From NCBI GenBank assembly GCA_963674965.2, contig CAXXFL010000001.1, forward strand, positions 1,184,001 to 1,248,000: a stretch of DNA of 64,000 nucleotides, given 5' to 3'. Source of the DNA: a bacterium. GTDB taxonomy: Bacteria > RBG-13-61-14 > DATKZS01. The notes under the pieces are model-generated. The model made no database searches, was not told the origin of the DNA, and saw only the letters and a list, made by a program, of their open reading frames with translations. Below are positions 37,647 to 47,781 of this stretch, in pieces. Both the position numbers and the translations under genes were made by a program. Numbering within the stretch: the first letter of the stretch is position 1; every line of letters begins with the position of its first letter.

Positions 37647-38734
37647 GCGCATTCCTTGAGGGCCGCAATAAACCTTTCGTTCTCGCTTTGCGTGCCCACG
37701 GTGGCCCGGAGGTACTCGGGCAGGCGGTAGCCACCCATGGGTCGCACGATGACGCCCTTGTGAAGGAGCTTGTCATACAGGTCCTTGGCGTCGATCGGGC
37801 TCTTGAAAAGAATGAAGTTGCCCACCGAGGGAAGGTAGCCGATGCCCATATCCTTGAAGCTCTTCTCGAGGTACTTCATGCCCTCGAGGTTGACCCTCTT
37901 TACCTCCTCGAGGAAGTCCTCGTCGTCCAGGGCCGCCTCGGCCGCGATCTGGGCCGGGACGCTGGTGTTGAAGGGCTGGCGCACGCGGTTCATGAAGTCG
38001 GCCTTGTCCGCGCTCATGACCCCGAACCCTATGCGCAGGGCGGCCAGCCCGTAAATCTTGGAAAAGGTGCGCGTGGCGATGACGTTGGCCCCCGCCTTGG
38101 CCAGCTCGACACCATTAGGATAGTCGTCCCTGTTAACGTACTCGAAGTAGGCCTCGTCAATCACCACGATAACGTCGTCGGGAATCGACTCGAGAAGCTC
38201 GTCCATCTCGGACTTGGTGTTGTAGGTTCCCGTCGGGTTGTTGGGGTTGGCGATGAACAGAAGACGCGTGTTGTCCTTGACCGCCTTGGCCATGGCGCGA
38301 AGGTCGTGGCCATAATCCTTGCCGGGTGGGACCACGGTCTTCTCGAAGCCCCTGGCGTCAACGGCCAGGTCGTAAACCACGAAGGCGTGCTCGCTCACCA
38401 CCGCGTGGTCGCCGGGCCTCATGAAGGTGGCCGCCACCAGCTCGAGTATCTCGTTGCTTCCGTTGCCGGGGATTATCATGTTCTGGCTCACGCCCAGCTT
38501 GGCCGCCAGCTTGTCCTTGAGCAGGGTGGCGTTCCCGTCCGGGTACCTGTGCAGGTCCGTTAGAGAATTCTTAAGGGCCGCGACCGCCTTGGGCGAGGGG
38601 CCCAGGGGGTTCTCGTTGCTGGCTATCTTGATCGAGTCCTTGATCCCCAGTTCCCGCTCGAGTTCCTCGATGGGCTTTCCGGGCACGTAGGGGACCAGTT
38701 TCTTGATGTAGTCGGCGACTATTTCTTTTTTCAT
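37643..38734 (-). CDS. hisC: histidinol-phosphate/aromatic aminotransferase
   Basis: PYVPGKPIEEL, ASNENPLG, YPDG, GNGSNE, NPNNPTG, DEAYFEY, RTFSKIYGLAALRIG. Confidence 0.95.
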   Translation of the reverse strand: MKKEIVADYIKKLVPYVPGKPIEELERELGIKDSIKIASNENPLGPSPKAVAALKNSLTDLHRYPDGNATLLKDKLAAKLGVSQNMIIPGNGSNEILELVAATFMRPGDHAVVSEHAFVVYDLAVDARGFEKTVVPPGKDYGHDLRAMAKAVKDNTRLLFIANPNNPTGTYNTKSEMDELLESIPDDVIVVIDEAYFEYVNRDDYPNGVELAKAGANVIATRTFSKIYGLAALRIGFGVMSADKADFMNRVRQPFNTSVPAQIAAEAALDDEDFLEEVKRVNLEGMKYLEKSFKDMGIGYLPSVGNFILFKSPIDAKDLYDKLLHKGVIVRPMGGYRLPEYLRATVGTQSENERFIAALKECA

Positions 38735-38841
38735 TTCACAACTCCTTGACGTGTTGGGGGACCGATATAAAGCTCCCCCCTATAGCGGGAGAACCGCTCT
38801 TTTATCGCCCCGCGCCCGAGGCCCGAGGCCCCGCGCGCCGA

Positions 38842-39975
38842 TCAAACTCCCAGGAACTGGTGTTCCTTTCTAACTCTCGGGTAAGATCCCAGGACCTTGA
38901 CGAAGACGCAGTCCTCCTCGAGTTCCTTTAGGGCGCCCGCTATCTCCGGCTCGGACGTGTGTCCGTTCATCTCTATAAAGAACACGTATTCCCAGGCCCT
39001 TCCCTTGAGGGGCCTGCTCTCGATCTTGGACAGGTTTATGTCCCTTCCCGCGAAATGGCCGAGGGCGTCGTAAAGGACGCCCGGCCTGTCCTTGACGGAA
39101 AACACGATCGAGGTCGTGTCCCGGCCGCTTCTTGGTCCCATCTCCCTGCCGATGACCAGGAACCTGGTATAGTTGTGCTTCAAGTCCTCGACGCCCTGGG
39201 CGATGGTCTTGAGGTTGTAGTAAACCCCGGCGAACTCGCTGGCGATGGCGGCCGCGTCCCTGTCCACCGCGGCCATCCTGGCGGCCTCCGAGGTGCTGGC
39301 CACCTCTTGCACGGTCACGCTGGGCAGGTTCTTTCTCAGCCAGTTCCTGCACTGGGCCAGGGCGTGAGGATGGGAATAAATCCTTTGCACTTTCTGTACG
39401 TCGCCCGTGAGGCTGAGCAGGTTATGGGTTATCTCGAGGACTATCTCGGCGCAAATGGTAAGGTCCGAGTGCAGGAACATGTCCAGGGTGTGGGTCACCA
39501 CTCCCTCGGTCGAGTTCTCGATGGGGACCACGCCGTAGTCCGCGTGTCCTCTTTCGACCTCCTCGAACACGTCCGAGATGCTCCGCTCGGCCACGAAGTC
39601 GGCCCGGTGTCCGAACTGCTGCCTTCCCGCTATGTGAGTAAAGGTGGCCTCGGGCCCGAGGTAGGCCACCTGGAGCTTCTTCTCGAGGGACCGGCAGGCG
39701 CTTATGATCTCCCTGAAGACGGGCTTGATCGAGTCGGTGGGAAAAGGCCCCGAGTTAAGCGAGTGAAGCCGCTCGAAGATGTCCTCCTCCCGGCCGGGGA
39801 TGTAGTACAGCTTCGAGCGGGACCTTTTGATCTCGCCGATCTCCCGGGCCAACTCGGCCCGCTTGTTTAAAAGGGCAAGTATCTTGCCGTCCGCCTGGTC
39901 GATCTTTTTCCTGACGTCCTTTATCCGTATATCGACGTCCGGGTCCTTGGCGCTTTTACCGGTTTTTTTCGCCAC
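38842..39975 (-). CDS. pheA: bifunctional chorismate mutase/prephenate dehydratase
   Basis: RKKIDQAD..ILALLNKRA; YLGPEATFTH; VPIENSTEG; SHPHALAQC; NYTRFLVIG; ACT domain KIESRP; LGSYP. Confidence 0.95.
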   Translation of the reverse strand: MAKKTGKSAKDPDVDIRIKDVRKKIDQADGKILALLNKRAELAREIGEIKRSRSKLYYIPGREEDIFERLHSLNSGPFPTDSIKPVFREIISACRSLEKKLQVAYLGPEATFTHIAGRQQFGHRADFVAERSISDVFEEVERGHADYGVVPIENSTEGVVTHTLDMFLHSDLTICAEIVLEITHNLLSLTGDVQKVQRIYSHPHALAQCRNWLRKNLPSVTVQEVASTSEAARMAAVDRDAAAIASEFAGVYYNLKTIAQGVEDLKHNYTRFLVIGREMGPRSGRDTTSIVFSVKDRPGVLYDALGHFAGRDINLSKIESRPLKGRAWEYVFFIEMNGHTSEPEIAGALKELEEDCVFVKVLGSYPRVRKEHQFLGV

Positions 39976-40204
39976 TTGGCCAGCCCTCCTTAAGACCTTC
40001 GATCCTATTATAATTCCCGCTTGGTTTCAACCGGCGGTCCGCGTCGGCGCTTTGAAAAGCGAGTAATAATGAGGGGAAGCTTTACACGGCCCGGTTTCTG
40101 AATTATCTTAATAAATAAGGAGGTTTCCTCGAGCCTGCCCGAGTTGGACGGTTTTTCCTCCCCGCCTTTTATGGCCCCGGGATTGACGCTGGAGTAATTG
40201 ATAC

Positions 40205-41203
40205 TTGCTTGTACTTGGCATAGAGAGTTCCTGCGACGAGACGGCCGCCGCGGTCGTCGGCGAGGGGGGCCGCTCGCTTTCGGACGTCATCGCCAGCCAG
40301 GACGAAATCCACTCGGCCTTTGGGGGGGTGGTCCCCGAGCTGGCGGCCCGGGCCCACATGGAAAGGGTCCAGCCCGTCATCCGGGAGGCCCTGTCTCGAG
40401 CGGGAGTGGGCGTCGAGGATATCGAGGGCGTAGCCGTCACCTCCGGTCCGGGACTCTCCGTCTGCCTTCTCGTCGGCATCCAGGCGGCCAAGGGCATAGC
40501 TCTCGGGCTGGGTATACCCCTGGTGGGCGTGAACCACCTGGAGGGCCATCTTCTGGCCTCCTTTATCGACGGGAGCCGTCCGCCGCCGGAGTATCCCTTC
40601 ATCGGCCTGGTGGCCTCGGGAGGACACACGTCCTTGTACCTGGCCTCGGCTCCGGGGAAATACAAGCGGCTGGGTCATACCCTTGACGACGCGGCGGGCG
40701 AGGCTTTTGACAAGACGGCCAAGGTCCTTGGCCTTCCATATCCTGGGGGGAGGGAAATCCAGGTCCTGGCGGAGAGGGGCGATCCTCGAGCGATCGATTT
40801 TCCCCGCCCTCTTCTGGCCAGGCCGGGCTACGATTTCAGTTTCTCCGGACTCAAGACGGCGGTAATCAACTATGTGGCCAAGATGGAAGGAGAACTTAAT
40901 CGAGCCGACGTGGCGGCTTCCTTCCAGGCGGCCGCGGTCGAGCTACTGGTTGCCAAGACCACAAGGGCCGCCAGGGAACTGGGGGTGCCCCGCATAGTGG
41001 TCTCGGGCGGCGTGGCCGCCAACCGGCTATTACGGGAAGAATTCGAGAAGGCCGGTTCTCGAGAGCTTCTCCAATTGTGGTTCCCGGGTCTTCGACTTTG
41101 CACCGACAACGCCGCCATGATAGCCCACGTGGGCCGAGGTCTTCTGAAAAACGGAGGAAACGACGGACCGGGCCTCGCGCCTCGCGCGGTCTGGCCCCTG
41201 TAA
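40205..41203 (+). CDS. tsaD: tRNA N6-adenosine threonylcarbamoyltransferase
   Basis: LGIESSCDETAAAVV, GGVVPELAARAH, NHLEGH, SGGHT, DDAAGEAFDK, FSFSGLKT, CTDNAAMIA. Confidence 0.97.
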   Translation: MLVLGIESSCDETAAAVVGEGGRSLSDVIASQDEIHSAFGGVVPELAARAHMERVQPVIREALSRAGVGVEDIEGVAVTSGPGLSVCLLVGIQAAKGIALGLGIPLVGVNHLEGHLLASFIDGSRPPPEYPFIGLVASGGHTSLYLASAPGKYKRLGHTLDDAAGEAFDKTAKVLGLPYPGGREIQVLAERGDPRAIDFPRPLLARPGYDFSFSGLKTAVINYVAKMEGELNRADVAASFQAAAVELLVAKTTRAARELGVPRIVVSGGVAANRLLREEFEKAGSRELLQLWFPGLRLCTDNAAMIAHVGRGLLKNGGNDGPGLAPRAVWPL

Positions 41204-41322
41204 CTCGTTTTATAATCCGGAGAAAACCTGCGATAATAATAATTTGGACTTAATTTCAGGCAAGGGCAAAGCCCGCGTGGAAAAGAAGGGAGCCGACCCT
41301 CCAGCGCGGAGATGGAAAATAG

Positions 41323-42063
41323 ATGACGGAAGAGAAAAAAACGGACGATTCGAACGCGGCCGGCGAACATGGCTCGTCCCGCTCGATCCTCGATTTAAGA
41401 GGACGCCTTAACGATTCCTACCTGGCGCTTATGAACACGCCGGGCAAGATAAACGACGTGGCCTTCGGTTTCGCCATAGGCGTCTGGGTGTCTTTTACTC
41501 CCCTTTTCGGTCTGCACACGGCCCTGGCTTTTTTAATAGCCACCGCCTTTAGGAAAAGCACGGCCGCCGCCATCATCGGCACTCTGGTGTTGAACCCGTT
41601 GACCGGCCCGTTCATCGTGGCCGCGGAAATGGAACTGGGTCTTTTTCTCACCGGCCGCGGCGACGCCGCCTGGCCGGCCAGGATCAGCCTTAACCTCGAG
41701 GGCTTAAGGGCGCTTTACGGCGTCGGCGCCGAGCTGATCATTCCTTTCACGCTGGGTTGCTTAGCCCTTGGTCTGGTGGCCACGCCGGCGTGTTATTATC
41801 TTGTTTTCCGATCTCTCGTCAGCTACCGTCGCAGGCTTTACGGCAAGGTTAAATCGCGTATCGAGAGCACGGTAAAAAAGGAGGTCGAGGTCCTTAAGAA
41901 AGCCGGGGCCAAAACGGGCGAGGGCGCGAGAAAAGGGGCCCAATCCTTCAAGGAGCTTCAAAAACGGCGCAAGGAACGGGCGATCAAGGCGACCAAGGGG
42001 GTTACGCCCCGCACTCGTGTAACCAATCCCGCCTCATCCCGCGGCGGCGGCGACGGCCGGTGA
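41323..42063 (+). CDS. DUF2062 domain membrane protein
   Basis: A.GFAIGVWVSFTP..G.HT, A..GT...NPLT pattern; basic C-terminal tail. Confidence 0.75.
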   Translation: MTEEKKTDDSNAAGEHGSSRSILDLRGRLNDSYLALMNTPGKINDVAFGFAIGVWVSFTPLFGLHTALAFLIATAFRKSTAAAIIGTLVLNPLTGPFIVAAEMELGLFLTGRGDAAWPARISLNLEGLRALYGVGAELIIPFTLGCLALGLVATPACYYLVFRSLVSYRRRLYGKVKSRIESTVKKEVEVLKKAGAKTGEGARKGAQSFKELQKRRKERAIKATKGVTPRTRVTNPASSRGGGDGR

Positions 42064-42926
42064 CGACAAGGGTCCGTAAAGTGAGCCAGGCAAGGCGTAT
42101 TCTCGAGGAATACGGATACAAGCCTAAAAAAAGCAGGGGCCAGAGCTTCCTTTGCCAGGAGTCCTATTTGAAAAGGATCGCCGGTCTGGCCCGGATAGGT
42201 CCCTTCGAGATCGTGCTCGAAATCGGGCCGGGACCGGGCAACCTCACCCGGCGGCTCCTGGAAAAGGCCGGCCGCGTGGTCGCCATCGAGGTCGACCCCG
42301 AGCTTTGCGCCGTTCTGAGAAACGAGATTCAGGACGAGCGCTTTACTCTTATCGAGGCCGACGCCGTAAAATACGACCTCCGCTCGATCGCTCCCCCCGA
42401 GGAGAAGATCAAGGTGGTGGCCAACATTCCCTATAACCTTACCACTCCCATATTGTTCAAGCTGCTTGACGACCGCCGGCTTTTTTCCGCTTTATTCCTT
42501 CTCATGCAAAAGGAGGTGGCCGAAAAAATATGCGCCCCTTGCGGGAAAAAGCCCTATGGCATCCTGTCGGCCCAGGCCCAGATGTTCGCCGATTGCTCTT
42601 TGGCCCTCGAGGTCCCGGCCCGTGCCTTCCGCCCGCGGCCCAAGGTCGATTCAACCCTCGTCAGGCTGAAGATTCTGGACAAGCCCCGGGCCGAGCTTGT
42701 CGACGAAAAGGTTTACAAGAGGGTGGTAAGGGCCGCCTTCGCCAAGAGGCGGAAGACCATCCGCAACTCCCTGTCCTCGAGCGGCTTCGATATCAAGCCC
42801 GAATGGGTCGGGCCCGCCCTGAAAAAGGCGGGAGTGTCGCCCCAGCGCCGGGCCGAGACCGTGTCGGTCGAGGAATTCGCGGCCATAGCCAACGCCGCGG
42901 CCGAGATGGAGGCAGCCGATGCCTGA
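42060..42926 (+). CDS. rsmA: 16S rRNA m6,2A1518/1519 dimethyltransferase
   Basis: PKKSRGQSFL, LEIGPGPG, VVANIPYN, QKEVA, F.PRPKVDS, F.KRRKTIRN, RAE. Confidence 0.95.
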   Translation: MTTRVRKVSQARRILEEYGYKPKKSRGQSFLCQESYLKRIAGLARIGPFEIVLEIGPGPGNLTRRLLEKAGRVVAIEVDPELCAVLRNEIQDERFTLIEADAVKYDLRSIAPPEEKIKVVANIPYNLTTPILFKLLDDRRLFSALFLLMQKEVAEKICAPCGKKPYGILSAQAQMFADCSLALEVPARAFRPRPKVDSTLVRLKILDKPRAELVDEKVYKRVVRAAFAKRRKTIRNSLSSSGFDIKPEWVGPALKKAGVSPQRRAETVSVEEFAAIANAAAEMEAADA

Positions 42927-43746
42927 GTTGCCGGAGGTCGAGACCATCCGGTGCGCTCTCCAGCCCAAAGTGGTTGGAAAGCTGATCGAAAAGGCGGTTA
43001 TACGCCGCGGTTCGAGGCTTATGCGGGACACGGTTAGCGCCGGGACCTTGAAGAAGAGGATCGAGGGGAGACGCGTCGACGCGGTGGGAAGGCGAGGTAA
43101 ATACCTTCTCTTCGAGCTGTCCGGGGGGGAATGCCTGGTGATCCACCTTGGCATGACGGGCAAGCTCTACGTGGTCGGCAAGGACGAGGACTCGCCCGAG
43201 CATACTCATCTTCGCCTCGAGCTCGGCGGGTCGTCGCTAGTTCTATCGGACCCCCGCACCTTCGGCAGGGTCATGGTCGCCAAGACCGGCGAGAAGGAAA
43301 AGCTGCCGGCCCTGGCTCGGCTGGGGCCGGAGCCGCTGGGCAAGGAATTCACCGACGAGGCCCTGGCCGCGGGCCTGAAGGGAAGAAAGGCGGCCCTTAA
43401 AGGACTTCTGCTTGACCAGTCCATAGTGGCCGGCGTGGGCAGCATTTACGCCGACGAGGCCTGCTTCCTGGCCCGGGTCAGCCCGCTTCGGCCGGGCGGT
43501 GAACTGGCCGGGACGGAGATAAAGGCCCTTCGCCAAGCCATAGTCAAGGTGCTCGAGACGGGCATAGCCAACCAGGGATGCACCATACGGGACTATGAGT
43601 GGGACCAGGGAAAAAGCGGGGGCTTCGCCAGACTCCTTAAGGCTTACGGACGAGAGGGACAAACTTGCAAAAGGTGCGGGGAAAAGATAATTAGAAAGGT
43701 GGTGGCCGGAAGAGGAGCTTCATATTGTCCCGGCTGCCAATCTTGA
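42919..43746 (+). CDS. mutM: formamidopyrimidine-DNA glycosylase
   Basis: MPELPEVET, RRGKYL, HLGMTG, DPRTFG, LGPEPL, LLDQ..AGVG.IYADE, C-terminal Zn finger CKRC..CPGCQ. Confidence 0.96.
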   Translation: MPELPEVETIRCALQPKVVGKLIEKAVIRRGSRLMRDTVSAGTLKKRIEGRRVDAVGRRGKYLLFELSGGECLVIHLGMTGKLYVVGKDEDSPEHTHLRLELGGSSLVLSDPRTFGRVMVAKTGEKEKLPALARLGPEPLGKEFTDEALAAGLKGRKAALKGLLLDQSIVAGVGSIYADEACFLARVSPLRPGGELAGTEIKALRQAIVKVLETGIANQGCTIRDYEWDQGKSGGFARLLKAYGREGQTCKRCGEKIIRKVVAGRGASYCPGCQS

Positions 43747-43807
43747 GGCCGGGAGACGCAATTAACGCGCTCGAGGCGGAAGAGGCGAGAGCGGAGAAAT
43801 CGAAAAC

Positions 43808-45079
43808 ATGAGAAAAAAATCGGCGAGCAAGGCCCCAAAAGTGAGCGGCCGTATAAGAACGGCTTTACTGGCCGTCTCACTAGCGGCCGCCTTTTTATTC
43901 CTTTCGTTGCCGGCCTCCTCCCAAAAGGACGGCCTGCCCGTCAAGGAGTACGGAGGGCAGGTCGGTTGTGACAGGACCCATGAGGAACAGGCGGCCATGG
44001 AAACGGTGGCTTCCTTCGTCTCCGGGTTTGACGGTAACAACCTCAGGGTGGAGCCAAAACTGATCCTTATGGCCAGGGAGCTCGCTACCGCCATACAGAA
44101 GCGGCCCTCCCTCCAGTCCCAGATACTCAGTTCCAAACAAACGGAGGATTTGAAACTGAAATACGGCGTCTACGAGACCGGCATGCACGCCTTCAGCACC
44201 ATGTTCGACGACGTTAAGCTAATGAAGGAGCAGATAGCCAACGAGTTCGCCAAGGACGTGGATAAAAGATACTCCCACATGGGGGCCGGCGTGACCGCGC
44301 CCAGGGGCGGGGGCGTTCCCGGCGTGGTGGTCATACTTCTTTTCGAGAAGCGGGTCATGCTGGCGCCTTTTCCCATGAAGGTGGGCCACCCGTCGTCATA
44401 CTCGTTGAAGGGCCGGCTGATGAACTCGAGCCAGGGCCAGAAGCCGAGCATTTTCCTTACCTCGCCCGACGGCTTGGTCAACCGCCTTATCTCGACCTTC
44501 AACGGTCCCAACTTCAGCGCCTCGGTGGCTTTCAACAAGGGCAAGGGAGTGTACAGGCTGGAGGTCGTTTCGACCGGTCCAGGCTCTTCCCAACTCGCGG
44601 CCCTTCTCACTGTGGAAGCGGGGGACGAGCCCGCCGAGCGGCCGGGAGCTTTCGAGATAACGGGAAGCTATCCCTACCCCGGCGACGAGGAGGAGGCGGA
44701 AAAAATCGTGCTTGACATGATTAACGAGATACGCGCAAGGGAAGGCCTGGAAAAGGTCGTCCACGAGCCGCGTCTGGCGAGGATGGCCAAGGAACACAGC
44801 GAGGACATGAGGGACAACAACTACGTGGGACACCTGTCTCCCAATTACGGCACGATCAAGGACCGAAGCAAGTTAAGCGGTCTTGGCTCCTATACGGTCA
44901 AGGAAAACGTTGCCCTTAACGCCAGCCTGCCCGAGGCCATGAACAACCTGCTGCGAAGCCCCGCCCACAGAGTGCCCATTATCGACCCGGAGAACACGCG
45001 CGTGGGAGTGGGCGTGGCCTTCGATCAAAGAAACGGTAACATGCATTTTTACTTGACCCAGGAGTTCGCCAAGATGTAG
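43808..45079 (+). CDS. secreted CAP (SCP) domain protein
   Basis: signal/TM helix; INEIRAREGL, A.EHSEDM, GHLS, ENVA, SPAHR..I, VGVGV, YLTQEF. Confidence 0.85.
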   Translation: MRKKSASKAPKVSGRIRTALLAVSLAAAFLFLSLPASSQKDGLPVKEYGGQVGCDRTHEEQAAMETVASFVSGFDGNNLRVEPKLILMARELATAIQKRPSLQSQILSSKQTEDLKLKYGVYETGMHAFSTMFDDVKLMKEQIANEFAKDVDKRYSHMGAGVTAPRGGGVPGVVVILLFEKRVMLAPFPMKVGHPSSYSLKGRLMNSSQGQKPSIFLTSPDGLVNRLISTFNGPNFSASVAFNKGKGVYRLEVVSTGPGSSQLAALLTVEAGDEPAERPGAFEITGSYPYPGDEEEAEKIVLDMINEIRAREGLEKVVHEPRLARMAKEHSEDMRDNNYVGHLSPNYGTIKDRSKLSGLGSYTVKENVALNASLPEAMNNLLRSPAHRVPIIDPENTRVGVGVAFDQRNGNMHFYLTQEFAKM

Positions 45080-45278
45080 CCCTTCCCTCTTGTCTTCAAA
45101 TCCAAAATTTCCTTGCCCGGTCTTCGGTAAAGTGGTAATGTAAATTCCAACCGCTTGAGGGACGAAAAAAAATAAAAGATCGATGGTGACTCGCCGCTTT
45201 CCATTTCGCTAAGACATGGAGGAAGACGGCGTTGGTTTTCGAGTATCGAGCTATTCATCATTAGGAGGGAGCGTCATT

Positions 45279-45455
45279 ATGAGTTCGATAAGCGTAGAGA
45301 ACGGCCACGATGGGCTTATAGACGAAAGATGCGAGTGCGGAAACCTGCTTTGCAAGGTTTACAGCGAGACGGTGGAAATCAAATGCCGCCGATGCAAGCG
45401 CATTCACGTGATCCCGATCGATAAACTCATGGAGTATCGAAAGGCCCTGATTTAA
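45279..45455 (+). CDS. small zinc-ribbon protein resembling Mu Com family regulators
   Basis: RCECGNLLCK..VEIKCRRCKRI; strong AGGAGGGAG RBS before ATG 45279. Confidence 0.7.
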   Translation: MSSISVENGHDGLIDERCECGNLLCKVYSETVEIKCRRCKRIHVIPIDKLMEYRKALI

Positions 45456-45666
45456 GGGCCTCTCGGGTTAAAAAAAAGCATTCCACCAGTACTCCCTTTT
45501 TCCTCATCGGCCCAAAGGTTGATGAGATAAATAAAGGCTCGCGCTTTGACAAAGAGGAGCGGGGAGTCGATATTATTATCATGTCCGATCTCGCGCCGGC
45601 GTCGATCAGCCGCTGGTTGGCCGCGCGCCTTATCTTAATAACCACGTTTTCCGGGAGGATATATAA

Positions 45667-46314
45667 ATGGAGCCTCGTTTTTTCGGTCACGTATTTAAAA
45701 GGTCCCCGTCCTGGTCCGCGGATTACGAGGGCAATGACTTTTCTCCTTCTTCCGGCGGCTACCCCGGCGGCATGGGACCGCCTTATGCCCCCGGCCCTCC
45801 CTACCAGGGAGGCTCGGGAGGAGGAACGTCCTCACTGGTCAAACTTCTGCTGGGCGGCGGGTGCGGATGCCTTACTTTGGTGGGCGTGGCGTTGGTCGTT
45901 TTCTTCGGGTGGGCCGCTTCTCTTCCCGAGTCCGGCGCCATGCCCGGGTCGCAGATTCGGGAAGAGACCAGGCAATACATGGAGGACCATGGCCTCATAG
46001 ATGAAAGCGACCGGATCATTTACTTCTCCGACGAGTCTCTGGGCGTTGACAACTCTGAGCTTTGCTTCTTTACCGATAAAAAGATCGTCTATTACACTGA
46101 AGACACGGGCGCGAACACCATCTACTGGAGGAACGTGGAGAGCGTCGAGCGCCGCGACGAGTTCCTTACCGTGGTTATCCTGGTCCATTCCAAAGAGGAC
46201 AGCTTTTTAAAATGCGAGATAGTAACGGGCGGAAACGAGTTCTTTACGGCCCTGGAGAAGAAATGGGAAACCGTTAAAAGCTACGAGAACGAAAACCAAG
46301 AGGATGAGGAATAA
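45667..46314 (+). CDS. hypothetical single-pass membrane protein with Pro/Gly-rich N-terminus
   Basis: GGYPGGMGPPYAPGPPY, TM LLLGGGCGCLTLVGVALVVFF, globular C-domain; GGGAGG RBS. Confidence 0.7.
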   Translation: MEPRFFGHVFKRSPSWSADYEGNDFSPSSGGYPGGMGPPYAPGPPYQGGSGGGTSSLVKLLLGGGCGCLTLVGVALVVFFGWAASLPESGAMPGSQIREETRQYMEDHGLIDESDRIIYFSDESLGVDNSELCFFTDKKIVYYTEDTGANTIYWRNVESVERRDEFLTVVILVHSKEDSFLKCEIVTGGNEFFTALEKKWETVKSYENENQEDEE

Positions 46315-46320
46315 CGCGGG

Positions 46321-47652
46321 ATGAGCGAGGCTGGATACGAAAAGGCGCTGGCTTACCTTAACCTATACACCAACTACGAAAGAGAGCTGCGCTACCCCTA
46401 CGACGGGTGGTCCATGAACATCGAGCGCGTGCGCCTGCTCCTGGACGAGCTGGGCGCGCCGGACAAGTCCCTGTCCGTCGTACATATCGCCGGCACCAAG
46501 GGAAAGGGGTCGACGGCGGTCATGATCGAGGCCGCGGCCCGGGCCGCCGGCTATAAGACGGGCCTTTTCACCTCGCCTCATCTGCTCGAGTACAGGGAAA
46601 GGATCAGGATCGACTACCAGCCGGTGGAAAAAGCAGCCGTGGCCGCATGGGTCGAGCGCCTTATGCCGGCCGCGGAAAAAGTCCACTCGAGGCCCAAACT
46701 GGGCAAGCTGACTTATTTCGAGATTCTGACGGCCTTGGCCCTCGCCGTCTTCGCCGAGGCCAGGGTCGACCTCGCCGTGCTCGAGACCGGGCTGGGAGGC
46801 CGCTTTGACGCGACCAACGTCTGCGACCCCCTCGCGTCCGTGCTCACGCCCGTGAGCCTGGACCATACCGATATCCTGGGAGACACCCTCGAGGAAATAG
46901 CCTCGGAAAAAGCCATGATCATAAAGCCCGGAAAGCCCGCGGTGATCGCGCCCCAGACGAGGGGCGTATACGCGGTCTTCGCCTCCAGGGCCCGGGAGGT
47001 GGGGGCCGAACAAATCAGGGTGGCCGACGTCTACTCGTGGAAAACCATCGAGGAAAGCGCGACCGGGCAGAAGATACGCCTCGCGGGCCGGCGAGTGATC
47101 GAGGACCTCTTCATTCCTCTTCCCGGCGAGCCTCAGGCCATTAACGCCGCCGTCGCCGCGGCCACCCTCGACGTTCTCGAGGACAAGGGCTTTTCTATCA
47201 GCGACGGCCGGATCAAAAAAGGCATGGCCTCCATTTCGTGGCCCGCCAGGTTCCAGCGGGTAAGCCGCGACCCGGACGTAATACTTGACGGCGCTCATAA
47301 CGCCTCCAGCGCGGGTTATCTTCGCGACACGCTTTCACGCCTTTACGGGGGCAAAAAAATTATCGCGGTCCTGGGACTGGGAGGGGACAAGGACGTCGAG
47401 GGCTTTTGCCGCGAGCTTGGCCCGGCCCTCGATCGCGCCGTTATTACCAAGTCGCGGGCCATGAAGGCGGTCCCCGCCGGCGCCATCTCGTCATATCTTG
47501 CAGAGTTTGGCGTCGAGTGCAAGGCGACGGACGCGGTGGCGGCGGCCATGGAGGAGGCCCTTGCTCAGGCGTGTCCCGATTCGATCATAGTGGTGACGGG
47601 CTCCTTTTACGTTATCTCCGAGGCCATGGAGTGGTTTGCCCAAAAAGTCTGA
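46321..47652 (+). CDS. folC: bifunctional folylpolyglutamate synthase/dihydrofolate synthase
   Basis: HIAGTKGKGST, FTSPHL..RERI, TYFE..T, ETGLGGRFDATNV, LDHT..LG, WPARFQ, LDGAHN, TGSFY. Confidence 0.95.
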   Translation: MSEAGYEKALAYLNLYTNYERELRYPYDGWSMNIERVRLLLDELGAPDKSLSVVHIAGTKGKGSTAVMIEAAARAAGYKTGLFTSPHLLEYRERIRIDYQPVEKAAVAAWVERLMPAAEKVHSRPKLGKLTYFEILTALALAVFAEARVDLAVLETGLGGRFDATNVCDPLASVLTPVSLDHTDILGDTLEEIASEKAMIIKPGKPAVIAPQTRGVYAVFASRAREVGAEQIRVADVYSWKTIEESATGQKIRLAGRRVIEDLFIPLPGEPQAINAAVAAATLDVLEDKGFSISDGRIKKGMASISWPARFQRVSRDPDVILDGAHNASSAGYLRDTLSRLYGGKKIIAVLGLGGDKDVEGFCRELGPALDRAVITKSRAMKAVPAGAISSYLAEFGVECKATDAVAAAMEEALAQACPDSIIVVTGSFYVISEAMEWFAQKV

Positions 47653-47781
47653 GGCCCTTATCTCCGGCTTTTTCGCCCGAGGTCCGGGTTTTTTTACCGC
47701 CGGAAAATTCTGTTATAATGATGCGGCTTAGAGAATTCTAATTTTCTCCATATTCTTTTTTCTTTCTGGGGGTATAATAAA

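Noticed and set aside
30256-39975. pheA-hisC-tyrA-aroA-cmk-rpsA-sppA-ihfB gene order as a novelty
   Set aside because: Well-known conserved proteobacterial superoperon; only the cmk-rpsA fusion is notable
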